From Anaerolineae bacterium (GTDB taxonomy: Bacteria > Chloroflexota > Anaerolineae > B4-G1 > DUEL01), in NCBI GenBank assembly GCA_041082215.1, contig JBDOIF010000120.1, forward strand, positions 1 through 64,000: a stretch of DNA of 64,000 bases, given 5' to 3'. The first letter of the stretch is position 1; every line of letters starts with the position of its first letter. This document shows, piece by piece, positions 32,701 through 40,834 of this stretch. The notes beneath the pieces were generated by a model. It worked only from the letters and a program-made list of their open reading frames with translations, was not told the DNA's origin and did not search any database. A program made the position numbers and the translations under genes.

Positions 32701-33788
32701 ACGGCGTACTGCCCATCGGCCGGCAGGGTGGCAGTCCAGACGGCTGTGGCTGTTGCGGCCCCCGGGGTGGTCAGGGCGTACCGGTAGGTGCCCCCATTGT
32801 AGCCTTGCGAGATGCTCGTCGTCCACGTCCCTGTCTCCGCGTAGCCGTTCCCGGGTCCAGGCGCATCGTTGTCCACGATCACCGTGGAGGGGTTCATATC
32901 CCGCTCGCGCACCGGCCAGGCCAGCGCCCCGGCGTTCCAGAGGTAGGCCAGCAGGTATTGATCCACCGCCTCGGCGTTGTTGTGGTCTTCGATGAAGCCC
33001 TGATAGACCGGCCGCTGGGTTCGCCAGGCTGTGCCGTTCCACTGCCAGCCGTGGCCGGCGCTGACGTAGATGGTTTTGCCCGTCAACGCGCCCTGGGGCT
33101 GAGCCTGACCGGGGGCGGGGGGCTGACCGGTGTAGGTGGGGGAGACCTCGTTCCCTGCCCGGCCCGCGGAGGGGGGAGGGCTGGGGAGGGGGGTGAGGGC
33201 CACAGCCTCCGCCTTCCTCGGCGGCTCGATGGCGGGCAGGAAGTCCGCCAGGGGCACAAAGGACTCCGTGGCCGGGTCCCATGTCTGGATGTAGAGTTCC
33301 CGCCACCCCACCGGCTCCAGCGTCCAACCAATTTGCTCGACGATGGCCTCGAAGGTGGCGTGATCCAGCTCCCGGAGGGCCCCCGGGGGCACCTTCAAGC
33401 GGACGGTGAACGATCTCCCCTCAATATCCACTCCGCCCAGCGTGGTTCCGGCAGGGATGGCGCTCCAGATGCCACGGGCCTGTTCCCGGGGGGAAGGCCC
33501 GGCCAGGAGGGCGGCCAGCAGCGCCTCCGGCTCGGGCGCGGCCGTCTCCAATACGCCGGCCCGCTCCACACACACCGGGCCCTGAACGGACCAGAAGCAG
33601 ATCGGCGGGGCGGAGCGGGCTGCACTGGAATGGGCGGATGCGAGGAACAAAAGGAGCGCCAGGGTGAGGAGCGATCCGCTCAACGCAGCTCTCTTGGCGG
33701 CCCACCCGTTGCGCTGCAGATCCGACTTCGGCCTGCTGCTGCCCGGATGGGGGGGCCAATCGCACTGGTGCTGGCGTTTCTGGAACAT
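29748..33788 (-). CDS. Large secreted N-acetylmuramoyl-L-alanine amidase (Amidase_3) with GerMN-like, golvesin/XLY-like, FN3 and Ig/CBM-like domains
   Basis: Zn ligands SAGHG, IED, SWHTN, LVEIAFHDN; IVDND..ADAVRF insert; FN3 (PPTHL..ISW..GYRVY..VTAVNAGGES); ILNGGFE C-domain; SD GGAGG. Confidence 0.85.
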   Translation of the reverse strand: MFQKRQHQCDWPPHPGSSRPKSDLQRNGWAAKRAALSGSLLTLALLLFLASAHSSAARSAPPICFWSVQGPVCVERAGVLETAAPEPEALLAALLAGPSPREQARGIWSAIPAGTTLGGVDIEGRSFTVRLKVPPGALRELDHATFEAIVEQIGWTLEPVGWRELYIQTWDPATESFVPLADFLPAIEPPRKAEAVALTPLPSPPPSAGRAGNEVSPTYTGQPPAPGQAQPQGALTGKTIYVSAGHGWQWNGTAWRTQRPVYQGFIEDHNNAEAVDQYLLAYLWNAGALAWPVRERDMNPSTVIVDNDAPGPGNGYAETGTWTTSISQGYNGGTYRYALTTPGAATATAVWTATLPADGQYAVYAWYRQWTNRAPDARYTVRHAGGSTEVVVNQKVHGNTWHYLGTYGFRGGEVATVTLSNCSNCSAYSSTAVIADAVRFGGGTFNSLAGIQTSAPYPPNKPWWETAAYYYVQRMGVNPSNYTDFNDVIARPIYARWEHAGTGDDAVYISWHTNGYNGTVRGTETYAHNGEGLPRTEGSLELRHTVHTELVHDIRAGWDPNWIDRGEKLKNLGELRLLWDDNPLVRMPGALVEIAFHDNPYDAAALKEPAFQMLAARAIYQGIVKYFEQRDGIDLTLLPEPPTHLAVQNVGGGRVRISWRPSPTDTVGLRGDAATGYRVYTSTSGIGWSNSIPVGNTTVYTLTGLVPGQLLFVRVTAVNAGGESFPTETLAVRVGDGAGMLLVSGFDRLNNTMLVPDYDPVEGYNLRMFLDRMNGYNYTVQHGEVISYPFDSSSNEAVRDGDVDLTDYTVVDWILGEESTQDETLSGTEQGLLGTFLDGGGALFISGAEIGWDLDYLGSAGDRSFYNNYLRADYVGDDAGTYQVAPVPGSIFDGLPSFRFDAAGMYDADYPDVIAPVNGSTAALTYSGGTGGVAAVQYGNGCRRLVHFGFPFEVIHPDHRAAVMGRVMDFLGLCLPPPVNTHITSPSDGAAYNTPPSFTGTAEAGGTATLSRVEVQVRRESDGAYWTGSLWSAAESWVTATGTFSWTYPLTMPLIDDSYRLRARARTTGGELDPSPAEVVFTYDTISPTATSLITPTGGVTIPGLPGVTLEWMPVGPDGGSPLAYRVELDGQPYTTTQSVYTLTQIADGPHTWGVQVFDAAGNRSGWVTDTFTISRLHLWLPTVLHDFVERETPCTDVILNGGFESDEGWTFNRLATYETVVVHTGARSVRVGIPPGEPGQYAYSSVTQKVTVPTGSTATLSMWVYPIGEGNDSGDWFYVGLFDPFNNYHSIEVWRSNGQAWEWREYDLSAYTGQTITLYIGARNDGDDDTAAMYVDDVALEVCPP

Positions 33789-33890
33789 AGGATGTCCTCC
33801 GGCAGGAAGCTCCCGTTCAGCCTCTTTCCAGTGCGCCAGACGGAGCGGAGATCTCTGCGTTATGGCTTTGCCCTTTTGCTGAACAGGGCA

Positions 33891-34115
33891 TTACAGGGCT
33901 GCGGTCAGCGCCTCGGCAGGGGAGCAGGTGGTCAGCATACCGGCCACCCGTTTCCGTTGCTCCCGATCCAGGGTGACCGCAGAATCCTGTTCTTCTATCA
34001 ACTGCTCCAATACATACCGGAGCAGAGAGGCATGCAGGCGAAACGTGATGAAAAACGTTGCGCCTGGTGGCTGCCAGTGAGGCAGACGTCGGCAGTAGAA
34101 AAACTGGTATCTGTT
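33891..34115 (-). pseudogene. Truncated REP-associated tyrosine transposase (RAYT) remnant
   Basis: FYCRRLPHWQPPGATFFITFRL is the RAYT N-terminal signature; no start codon, stops before the HUH motif; abuts REP doublet. Confidence 0.75.
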
Positions 34116-34121
34116 ATGCCT

Positions 34122-34187
34122 TGTAGCGCAGGCTGTCAGCCTGCACAGAGCAGGCCTGGCGGCCTGCGCTACAGCACCCTGCGCTAC
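34122..34187. repeat. GTAG-REP doublet plus partial third copy
   Basis: TGTAGCGCAGGCTGTCAGCCTGC ... GCAGGCCTGGCGGCCTGCGCTACA, then CCTGCGCTAC again, containing the polX stop. Confidence 0.82.
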
Positions 34188-35902
34188 TCCTTCCTCGCCC
34201 ACGCCAGCACATCCTCCGCGCTGCGGGTGTTGAGGATGTCGGCGGCGGTGGCCCACCCCCGGCGGGCGGTGGCGACGCCGAAGTGGAGCAGCCGGAAACC
34301 GTCGGTGTCGTGGGCGTCGGAGCTGATCGCCAGCATCACCCCCAGCTCCACGGCGCGGCGGCTGTAGACGTCGTTCAGGTCGAGCCGGAGGGGGTGGGCA
34401 CAGACCTCCACCGCCTTGCCGGCCTCGGCGGCGGCCTGCAGGATCGCCTCCACGTCTATATCTGCCCCCTCCCGCCGGCCGATGAGCCGGCCCGTGGGGT
34501 GGGCCAGGATGTCCACATGGGGGTGGCGGATCGCCGCCAGCGCCCGCGCCGTCACCTGTTCGCGGGGTTGCCGCAGCCCGCTGTGGACCGCTGCCACCAC
34601 CACCTCGAGTTCGGCCAGCACCTCGTCCGGCAGGTCGAGCGAGCCATCGGCACGCACCTCCACCTCCACCCCCGCCAGCACCCGGAGGGTCCCGCCCATC
34701 TTCCGGTTGACCTCCTCGATCTCGGCCCGCTGGCGCCGGACGTCCTCGGCGGTCATCCCCCGGGCCACCCCCAGACCGGAGGAGTGGTCGGTGACGAGCG
34801 CATACCTCAACCCCTGCACCCGCGCCGCCTCCGCCATCTCCAGCAATGAGCAGTGCCCGTCCGACCGGGTGGTGTGGAACTGGAAGTCCCCCTGGAGGTC
34901 CGTCAGCTCCACCAGGCGGGGCAATCGTCCCTCCAGCGCCGCCTCGACCTCCCCCCGGTCCTCCCGCAGCTCCGGCGGGATCAAAGGCAACCCCAGGGCG
35001 GCGTAGACCTCTTCCTCGGTGGGGCAGAGGATCTCCGTGCCGTCCTCCCGTTTGAGGGCGTACTCGCTGAGGGAAAGCCCCCGTTCCAGCGCCAGCCCTC
35101 GCAGCCGGATGTTGTGGGCCTTGCTGCCGGTGAAGTACTGGAGCGCCGTGCCCCAGCGGGCCGGCTCCAGCACCCGCAGGTCCACCTGAAGCCCCTCCTG
35201 GGTGCGGACCGATGTCTTGGTGGGGCCGCTGAGGAGCACCTCTGCCACCTGAGGCAGCTCCCGGAAGCGGGCCATCACCGGTTCGGGGTCCTCCGCCGCC
35301 ACCAGCAGGTCCAGGTCCCCTACCGTCTCCCGCATGCGGCGGAGGCTGCCAGCGGGGGCGGCCTGGGCCACACCCGGCAGCTCCCGCAGCGGGGCCAGGA
35401 GCGCCTGGGCCAGCTCCCAGGCGACGCCCAGCGGGATACGGCCACTCCGCCGCTTGAGGGCCTCGATCCCCTCCAGCACCTTCTGTTCGGAGCGGACCCC
35501 CATTCCGGGCAGGTTGCGCAGCTTGCCCGCCCGCGCCGCCTCCTCCAGCTCTTCAATGGAGGTGAGGCCCAGCTCTTTCCAGAAGAGGGCGGCCTTGCGC
35601 GGGCCGACGTCGGGGACCTGAAGCATCGCCACCACCCCATCCGGCACCTGGGCCTTGAGCTTCTCGTAGGCCTCCAACCGGCCCGTCCGCATCAGCTCGT
35701 CTATTTTCCCCGCCAGGGTCTTGCCGATGCCGGGGATGGCTTCCAGCTCCCCCGCCCGCCAGACCTCTTCCAGAGGTCGGCCCAGGGCGGCGATGTTCTC
35801 AGCGGCGCGGCGGTAGGCCATGATACGGTGGTAGCTCTCCCCCTGGATGTCGAGAATATCCGCCATTTCGGCGAAGATCGCGGCGATCTGATGGTTGTCC
35901 AT
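34184..35902 (-). CDS. polX: DNA polymerase X with PHP 3'-5' exonuclease domain
   Basis: AYRRAA, HhH, GSLRR..ETVGDLDLL, VDLR, YFTGSKAHN, PPELRED, PHP motifs TDH, HPTGR, SDAH; ATG 35902. Confidence 0.95.
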   Translation of the reverse strand: MDNHQIAAIFAEMADILDIQGESYHRIMAYRRAAENIAALGRPLEEVWRAGELEAIPGIGKTLAGKIDELMRTGRLEAYEKLKAQVPDGVVAMLQVPDVGPRKAALFWKELGLTSIEELEEAARAGKLRNLPGMGVRSEQKVLEGIEALKRRSGRIPLGVAWELAQALLAPLRELPGVAQAAPAGSLRRMRETVGDLDLLVAAEDPEPVMARFRELPQVAEVLLSGPTKTSVRTQEGLQVDLRVLEPARWGTALQYFTGSKAHNIRLRGLALERGLSLSEYALKREDGTEILCPTEEEVYAALGLPLIPPELREDRGEVEAALEGRLPRLVELTDLQGDFQFHTTRSDGHCSLLEMAEAARVQGLRYALVTDHSSGLGVARGMTAEDVRRQRAEIEEVNRKMGGTLRVLAGVEVEVRADGSLDLPDEVLAELEVVVAAVHSGLRQPREQVTARALAAIRHPHVDILAHPTGRLIGRREGADIDVEAILQAAAEAGKAVEVCAHPLRLDLNDVYSRRAVELGVMLAISSDAHDTDGFRLLHFGVATARRGWATAADILNTRSAEDVLAWARKE

Positions 35903-35911
35903 ACCGCTTTC

Positions 35912-35962
35912 ATTATACCTTTTCTCGTCCTGCTTGACAACGACTTCCCACTCAGGTATCAT
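35912..35962. promoter_or_regulatory. Overlapping divergent promoters sharing a TTGACAA -35 box
   Basis: Minus TTGTCA(35940-35935)-17-TATAAT(35917-35912); plus TTGACA(35934-35939)-17-TATCAT(35957-35962). Confidence 0.72.
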
Positions 35963-35972
35963 TACCCCCACT

Positions 35973-37028
35973 ATGCATTTCCACGAAGTCGTCGGCAATG
36001 TGCATGTCCATTCCGTCTATTCGGATGGGACGGGATTGCATCGGGAGATCGCGGCGGCCGCGGCGCGGGCGGGGCTGGATTTCGTCATCGTCACCGACCA
36101 CAACGTCTGGACCTGCGGCGCGGAGGGGATCTGCGACGGAGTCCTCCTGCTGGTGGGGGAGGAGGTCCACCACGTCCGGCGCAACCCCCAGGCGGACCAT
36201 CTGCTCATCTACGGGGCGGAGGCGGAGCTGGCCCCCTGCGCGGCCGACCCCCAGGGGTTGATAGACGAGGTCCATCGCCGGGGTGGCTTCTGCTTCCTGG
36301 CCCATCCCTTCGAAAAGGGCAGCCCTCTCAGCCCCGACCTGGCCCCCATTCCCTGGGAGGATTGGGAGGTGACGGGATACGTGGGGCTGGAAATCTGGAA
36401 CACGATGTCCGAGTTCAAGGGGCTGCTCCGCAACCGTTTGGCGGCGGTCTTCTTTGCCTACCTGCCCTGTATGGGGCTGCGGGGGCCGTTCCGGGCCACG
36501 CTGCGCAAGTGGGATGAGCTTCTGGCAGCGGGACGGAAGGTGGCCGCCATCGGCGGCTCCGACGCCCACGCCGAGACCTACCGGATGGGCCCCCTCCAGC
36601 GGCAGCTCTTCCCCTATGAGGACCTCTTCCGCTGGGTCAACACTCACGTGCTGGTGGAGCGGCCATTGAGCGGGGAGCTGGAGGCGGATAAGCGGCTGAT
36701 CTACGAGGGGCTACAGGCGGGACGGACCTGGGTAGGGTACGACCGACCGGCCCCGACGCGGGGGTTCCGCTTTCAGGCCCGCAGCGGGGCCAGAAGCGCC
36801 ACCATCGGCGGGGAGCTGGTCCGCGCCGCCGGTGTCATCTTCGAGGTGGAGACGCCGGGCCGGGGAGAGATCCGATTGCTGCGGGACGGGCGGGTGGTGG
36901 CCCGCACGACCGGCAACCGGCTCCGCTTCACCACGGTCGAGAAGGGGAGCTACCGGGTGGAGGTGTGGCGGACCTTCCGGGGGCGGAAGCGGGGATGGAT
37001 TTTCAGCAGTCCCATCTATGTGCGGTGA
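35973..37028 (+). CDS. PHP-like metallohydrolase (CehA/McbA-like)
   Basis: HVHSVYSDG, VTDHN, GEE, LAHP, GLEIWN, GGSDAH, WIFSSPIY; ATG 35973. Confidence 0.85.
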   Translation: MHFHEVVGNVHVHSVYSDGTGLHREIAAAAARAGLDFVIVTDHNVWTCGAEGICDGVLLLVGEEVHHVRRNPQADHLLIYGAEAELAPCAADPQGLIDEVHRRGGFCFLAHPFEKGSPLSPDLAPIPWEDWEVTGYVGLEIWNTMSEFKGLLRNRLAAVFFAYLPCMGLRGPFRATLRKWDELLAAGRKVAAIGGSDAHAETYRMGPLQRQLFPYEDLFRWVNTHVLVERPLSGELEADKRLIYEGLQAGRTWVGYDRPAPTRGFRFQARSGARSATIGGELVRAAGVIFEVETPGRGEIRLLRDGRVVARTTGNRLRFTTVEKGSYRVEVWRTFRGRKRGWIFSSPIYVR

Positions 37029-37032
37029 CGGG

Positions 37033-37076
37033 GGGATGCGGGGACGCGGGGACGCGGAGACGCGGAAACGCGGAGA
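37033..37076 (+). repeat. 8-mer tandem repeat (GACGCGGR)x5
   Basis: Direct reading; same unit at 47076-47116 and 18354-18380 (minus). Confidence 0.85.
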
Positions 37077-37087
37077 GAGGGGCCGTT

Positions 37088-38113
37088 ATGAAAGGTTGGC
37101 AACCTCCGGAGGGTTGGACGGCGATCACGACGGTTGACGCTCACACGGCGGGGGAGCCGCTGCGGGTCATCACCGGCGGCTTTCCGCCCCTGCCGGGCAG
37201 GACGATCCTGGAGAAGCGGCGGTACCTGCGGGAGCATCTGGACCATCTGCGCACTGCCCTGATGTGGGAGCCGCGCGGCCACGCCGATATGTACGGCTGC
37301 ATCGTGACCGAACCGACCACCCCCGATGGCGACCTGGGGGTGATCTTTATGCACAATGAAGGGTACAGCACAATGTGCGGTCACGGCATCATCGGCCTGG
37401 CCAAGGTCGCTCTGGATACGGGAATGGTCGAAAAGGCAGGGGACCGGCCCGTTATCAGGATGGATACGCCGGCCGGTCGGGTGACCGCCTGCGCCCGGCG
37501 GGAGAACGGCCGGGTGGTGGAGGTGACCTTCCAGAACGTCCCCTCGTTCGTCTACGCCCTCGATCGGGAGGTGAGGGTAGACGGCGTGGGCCGGGTGCGG
37601 TACGACGTCGCCTTCGGTGGGGCCTTCTACGCATTCTGTCGGGCGGAAGAGCTGGGACTCCGGCTGGTCCCCGAGGAGTTTCGACTGCTGGTCGAGGTCG
37701 GGATGCGGATCAAGCGGGCGGTAATGGAGAGCCTGGAGATCCGGCATCCCTTTGAGGAGGACCTGGGCTTTCTGTACGGGACGATCCTCGTCGGGCCGCC
37801 CCACGACCCTGCCCATCACAGCCGCAACGTCTGCATCTTCGCCGATGGGCAGGTGGACCGCAGCCCCACGGGGACAGGGGTGAGCGCCCGTGCGGCGCTC
37901 CATTACGCCCGGGGGGAGCTGGGGGTGGGGGAGCCGTTCGTCGTCGAGAGCATCCTGGGGACCTGTTTCACAGGCCGCATCGTGGAGATCGCGGCCTTTG
38001 GCCCTTACGAGGCGGTCATCCCGGAGGTGGCCGGAAGTGCCCACATCTGCGGGCGCAACGAGTGGCTCATAGCCCCCGACGACCCGCTCCGGCACGGGTT
38101 TATCCTGCGGTGA
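37088..38113 (+). CDS. Proline racemase family protein, Cys/Thr type (trans-3-hydroxy-L-proline dehydratase-like)
   Basis: DAHTAGEP, EPRGHADMYG, STMCGH, DRSPTGTG; ATG 37088. Confidence 0.88.
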   Translation: MKGWQPPEGWTAITTVDAHTAGEPLRVITGGFPPLPGRTILEKRRYLREHLDHLRTALMWEPRGHADMYGCIVTEPTTPDGDLGVIFMHNEGYSTMCGHGIIGLAKVALDTGMVEKAGDRPVIRMDTPAGRVTACARRENGRVVEVTFQNVPSFVYALDREVRVDGVGRVRYDVAFGGAFYAFCRAEELGLRLVPEEFRLLVEVGMRIKRAVMESLEIRHPFEEDLGFLYGTILVGPPHDPAHHSRNVCIFADGQVDRSPTGTGVSARAALHYARGELGVGEPFVVESILGTCFTGRIVEIAAFGPYEAVIPEVAGSAHICGRNEWLIAPDDPLRHGFILR

Positions 38114-38141
38114 GGGGCCTTTAAGGAAGGTTGTAGGGAAA

Positions 38142-38167
38142 GGGGCCGCCCCGTTGAGGGCGGCCCC
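38142..38167 (-). terminator. Hairpin terminator between convergent genes
   Basis: GGGGCCGCCC/GGGCGGCCCC 10-bp stem followed by TTT on minus. Confidence 0.65.
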
Positions 38168-38182
38168 GTCGAGTGGGCAGGG

Positions 38183-38449
38183 TTAGACCTGGCCCTTCCC
38201 TGGGCCGACCCTGTAGTAGTCTGCGTTCTTCTGGATGTCGGCCTTGTATTGATCCGGCACCTCATCCTCGTGGAAGATGGCCTCGTTGGGGCATTCCGCC
38301 TCGCAGGCTCCACATTCGATGCAGGTCTCGGGGTTGATGTAATATGTGGGCCACTCAGGGTCATCATCCACAAAGTGGATCGAGTCGGTGGGGCAAACGT
38401 CCACGCAAGCCCCCGCGCGCTTGCACAATCGGGTAATTACGTAGGCCAT
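38183..38449 (-). CDS. Ferredoxin (7Fe-type)
   Basis: MAYVIT..C..AGACVDVCP and CIECGACEAECP; SD GGAGGG; promoter TTGACA-16-TACAAT at 38516-38543. Confidence 0.92.
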   Translation of the reverse strand: MAYVITRLCKRAGACVDVCPTDSIHFVDDDPEWPTYYINPETCIECGACEAECPNEAIFHEDEVPDQYKADIQKNADYYRVGPGKGQV

Positions 38450-38552
38450 TTTGCTTCCCTCCACAATTAATTGATTGGGGTCATCAACTGTGGTGACTCC
38501 TGACAGACAAAGTTGATTGTAGTGAGTTTCAGGCTTTTGTCAAGCGCCTGCT

Positions 38553-38695
38553 TGGGCTTCGGACAGGAGTTCGGGCAGGCTGGGAGGGCGACCTTCACCC
38601 CTCCCCCTACCGGATGGGGCCAGGGGGAGGGGTGAGGGGGATGGGGTGAGGTCAGAAGCGGCCGATGAGCGCCTGTGTCTGAACTCACGTCCGAA
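38553..38695. repeat. Imperfect inverted-repeat element containing copy 2 of the 60-bp repeat
   Basis: TTCGGACAGGAGTTCGGGCAGG...TCACCCCTCCCC / GGGGAGGGGTGA...TGTCTGAACTCACGTCCGAA. Confidence 0.65.
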
Positions 38696-38717
38696 CCTCA
38701 GTCTATGGAGTGAAGGG

Positions 38718-39626
38718 ATGAGGGCTTCTTCCGACAATCCGACTGCGTCGTTCCCCCCTCATCTGGGGCTGGTAGTGGGGGTTCTGGCTGCGTCCACGGC
38801 CTCCACGCTGATCCGGCTGGCCCAGGCGGAGGTGGCGTCGCTGGCGGTGGCTGCCTGGCGGCTCACGCTGGCCTCGCTGATCCTGGCTCCTTTTGCCCTT
38901 GCCACGCGGCGGGAGGAGCTGCGCACGCTGAGCCGTAGGGAGTGGGGGCTGGCGTTCATGGCCGGAACCCTTCTGGCGCTCCACTTTGCCACCTGGATCA
39001 CCTCCCTTGCCCTCACCTCCGTCGCCGCTTCGGTGGTGCTGGTCTCCACCAGCCCCCTCTTTGCCGGCGTGGCCTCTCACCTTATCCTGAAAGAGCGGCT
39101 CACCCGGCCCGTGGTCATCGGGCTGGTGGTGGCGGTTGTGGGTTCGGCGGTCATCGGGGCGGGGGATGTGGGGATCGGCGCCCACCGGCTGCTGGGCGAC
39201 CTGCTGGCGCTGGTTGGCGCGCTGGCGGTGGCGGGGTACTTCCTGATCGGGCGGCGGCTGCGGGCGCGGCTTTCGCTCCTGGGCTACGTCTTTCCGGTGT
39301 ACGGCTCGGCGGCAGTGATCCTGATGATCGTGGCCGCCGTGGCCCGGGTGCCGTTGAGGGGCTATCCTTCCATCTCCTGGCTCTGGCTCCTCCTGGTGGC
39401 GCTGGTGCCTCAGATAGTGGGCCATTCCTCCCTCAACTGGGCCCTCCGTCACCTGACGGCGACCTACGTGACCATCGCCGCGCTGGGCGAACCCATCGGC
39501 TCGACCATCCTGGCCTGGCTTTTGCTGGGGGAGCCTCCCACACCGGTCGCACTGGTCGGAGGGGTCCTGATCCTGACCGGCATCGCCATCGCCAGCCTTC
39601 CCGCACCGGGGGGAGAGGCCGGGTGA
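38718..39626 (+). CDS. DMT/EamA family transporter
   Basis: 10-TM, AAWRL, LALHFATWITSL.LTSVA, GHSSLNWAL, GEPIGS; ATG 38718. Confidence 0.9.
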   Translation: MRASSDNPTASFPPHLGLVVGVLAASTASTLIRLAQAEVASLAVAAWRLTLASLILAPFALATRREELRTLSRREWGLAFMAGTLLALHFATWITSLALTSVAASVVLVSTSPLFAGVASHLILKERLTRPVVIGLVVAVVGSAVIGAGDVGIGAHRLLGDLLALVGALAVAGYFLIGRRLRARLSLLGYVFPVYGSAAVILMIVAAVARVPLRGYPSISWLWLLLVALVPQIVGHSSLNWALRHLTATYVTIAALGEPIGSTILAWLLLGEPPTPVALVGGVLILTGIAIASLPAPGGEAG

Positions 39627-39630
39627 GGCG

Positions 39631-40791
39631 TTATGGGGCCAGGAAGATTCCCTGCACCCGGGCGGCGTAGGCTGCGCTCTCGGCGTCGTCCGTGAGGAAC
39701 TCGATCTCCTCCGGGCTGGATACCCCCAGGCCGAGGGAGACGGCGCGAGCGATCTGCTCCTGTTCGAAAATCGGCCCCTGTTCCACCTCCGGCGTCGTGC
39801 CGAAGAGCCGCAGGATCGCCACACCCACCGCGTCCAGCGCCACCCGATCGGTCCCTGCCAGCACCACCTCTGCTGAAACCCGTTCCCCCCGGTCCGGCCC
39901 GCCGGTGGCGAAGGCTTCCACTCCATCCACCACGACCAGTGCGGGCTGGTAGGCTGTGTTGATCTCGGCGATCATCCGCCGCTGGTGGGGCGAACTGTGC
40001 AGTTCGGCCATGTAGTTGTACCCGTCCGGCCCGTACTTAGCCACCATCCCCACTGAATTCTTCAGGGAGAGCGTGAAGTGCCCACCGTAGCGGTGGGTCT
40101 TCAGGCAGCAGGTCTGTACCACGACGTCGGCCTCCAGGATGGGGCGGGCGAAGAGGAAGCCCCGCGACCAGTGGCTGTCCGGCGGCTGGACGGGAACCCA
40201 ATCCTCCTCGCCCAGCTCATCCAGGACCAGTGGGGTGAAAGCCAGCTCGTCCGCCAGGTCGAAGACGCCCTTTTGTTCCATTACCCGCCGCGTGTTCCCC
40301 ATCCCGCTGCGGTCGGCCACCACGACCGACGAGGCTCCCCCTTGCCAGAGAGCCTCCACCAGTGTGCGGAGGACGTCGTTGTGGGTGGAGCCAGGGGCCG
40401 GATCGGCGCTGTTGAAGTTGGGCTTGAGGAGGACGTTTCGGCCTTCCAGCGGGGGGGGTCCCAGCAGTGCCAGGGCGCGGCGGACGCCTTCGGCCCGATC
40501 CGTCGTTTTGATGAAGGCCACCCGCGCGCCGGACGGCCGGGTTGCCGGCCCCGCCGTCGGGGAGGGGGAGGGGGCTGGGGCCTGCGTCGTCGGCGCAGGG
40601 GAGGGGCGCAGCGACGGGCCTGGCGTGGCCGGCTCTGCCGTCGCTGCGGTTTGCCGGGGTGTCCGTTCACACGCTGCCAGGTGGGAGGCCAGTCCCGCAA
40701 GGCCGATCAGCGCCGCCAGACGGGCCAGGAAGGCTCGCCGCCCCATCCACCGGCCCGCTTCTGCCGGTTCCCGAAAAAGGTTTCCGTCCAT
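39631..40791 (-). CDS. DUF362 domain protein with Tat signal
   Basis: GRRAFL twin-arginine, LAAC lipobox-like, PT linker, VLLKPN, LKTH, TLSLKN..G, DRVALD. Confidence 0.82.
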   Translation of the reverse strand: MDGNLFREPAEAGRWMGRRAFLARLAALIGLAGLASHLAACERTPRQTAATAEPATPGPSLRPSPAPTTQAPAPSPSPTAGPATRPSGARVAFIKTTDRAEGVRRALALLGPPPLEGRNVLLKPNFNSADPAPGSTHNDVLRTLVEALWQGGASSVVVADRSGMGNTRRVMEQKGVFDLADELAFTPLVLDELGEEDWVPVQPPDSHWSRGFLFARPILEADVVVQTCCLKTHRYGGHFTLSLKNSVGMVAKYGPDGYNYMAELHSSPHQRRMIAEINTAYQPALVVVDGVEAFATGGPDRGERVSAEVVLAGTDRVALDAVGVAILRLFGTTPEVEQGPIFEQEQIARAVSLGLGVSSPEEIEFLTDDAESAAYAARVQGIFLAP

Positions 40792-40834
40792 CGTCCCCAC
40801 CTTTTGTCGCCAAAAAAGGAGAAGAGGACCTCAT

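Noticed and set aside
33789..33890. Possible c-di-GMP riboswitch upstream of the amidase (GGCAAA)
   Set aside because: Lacks the GNRA tetraloop/receptor and second-stem consensus
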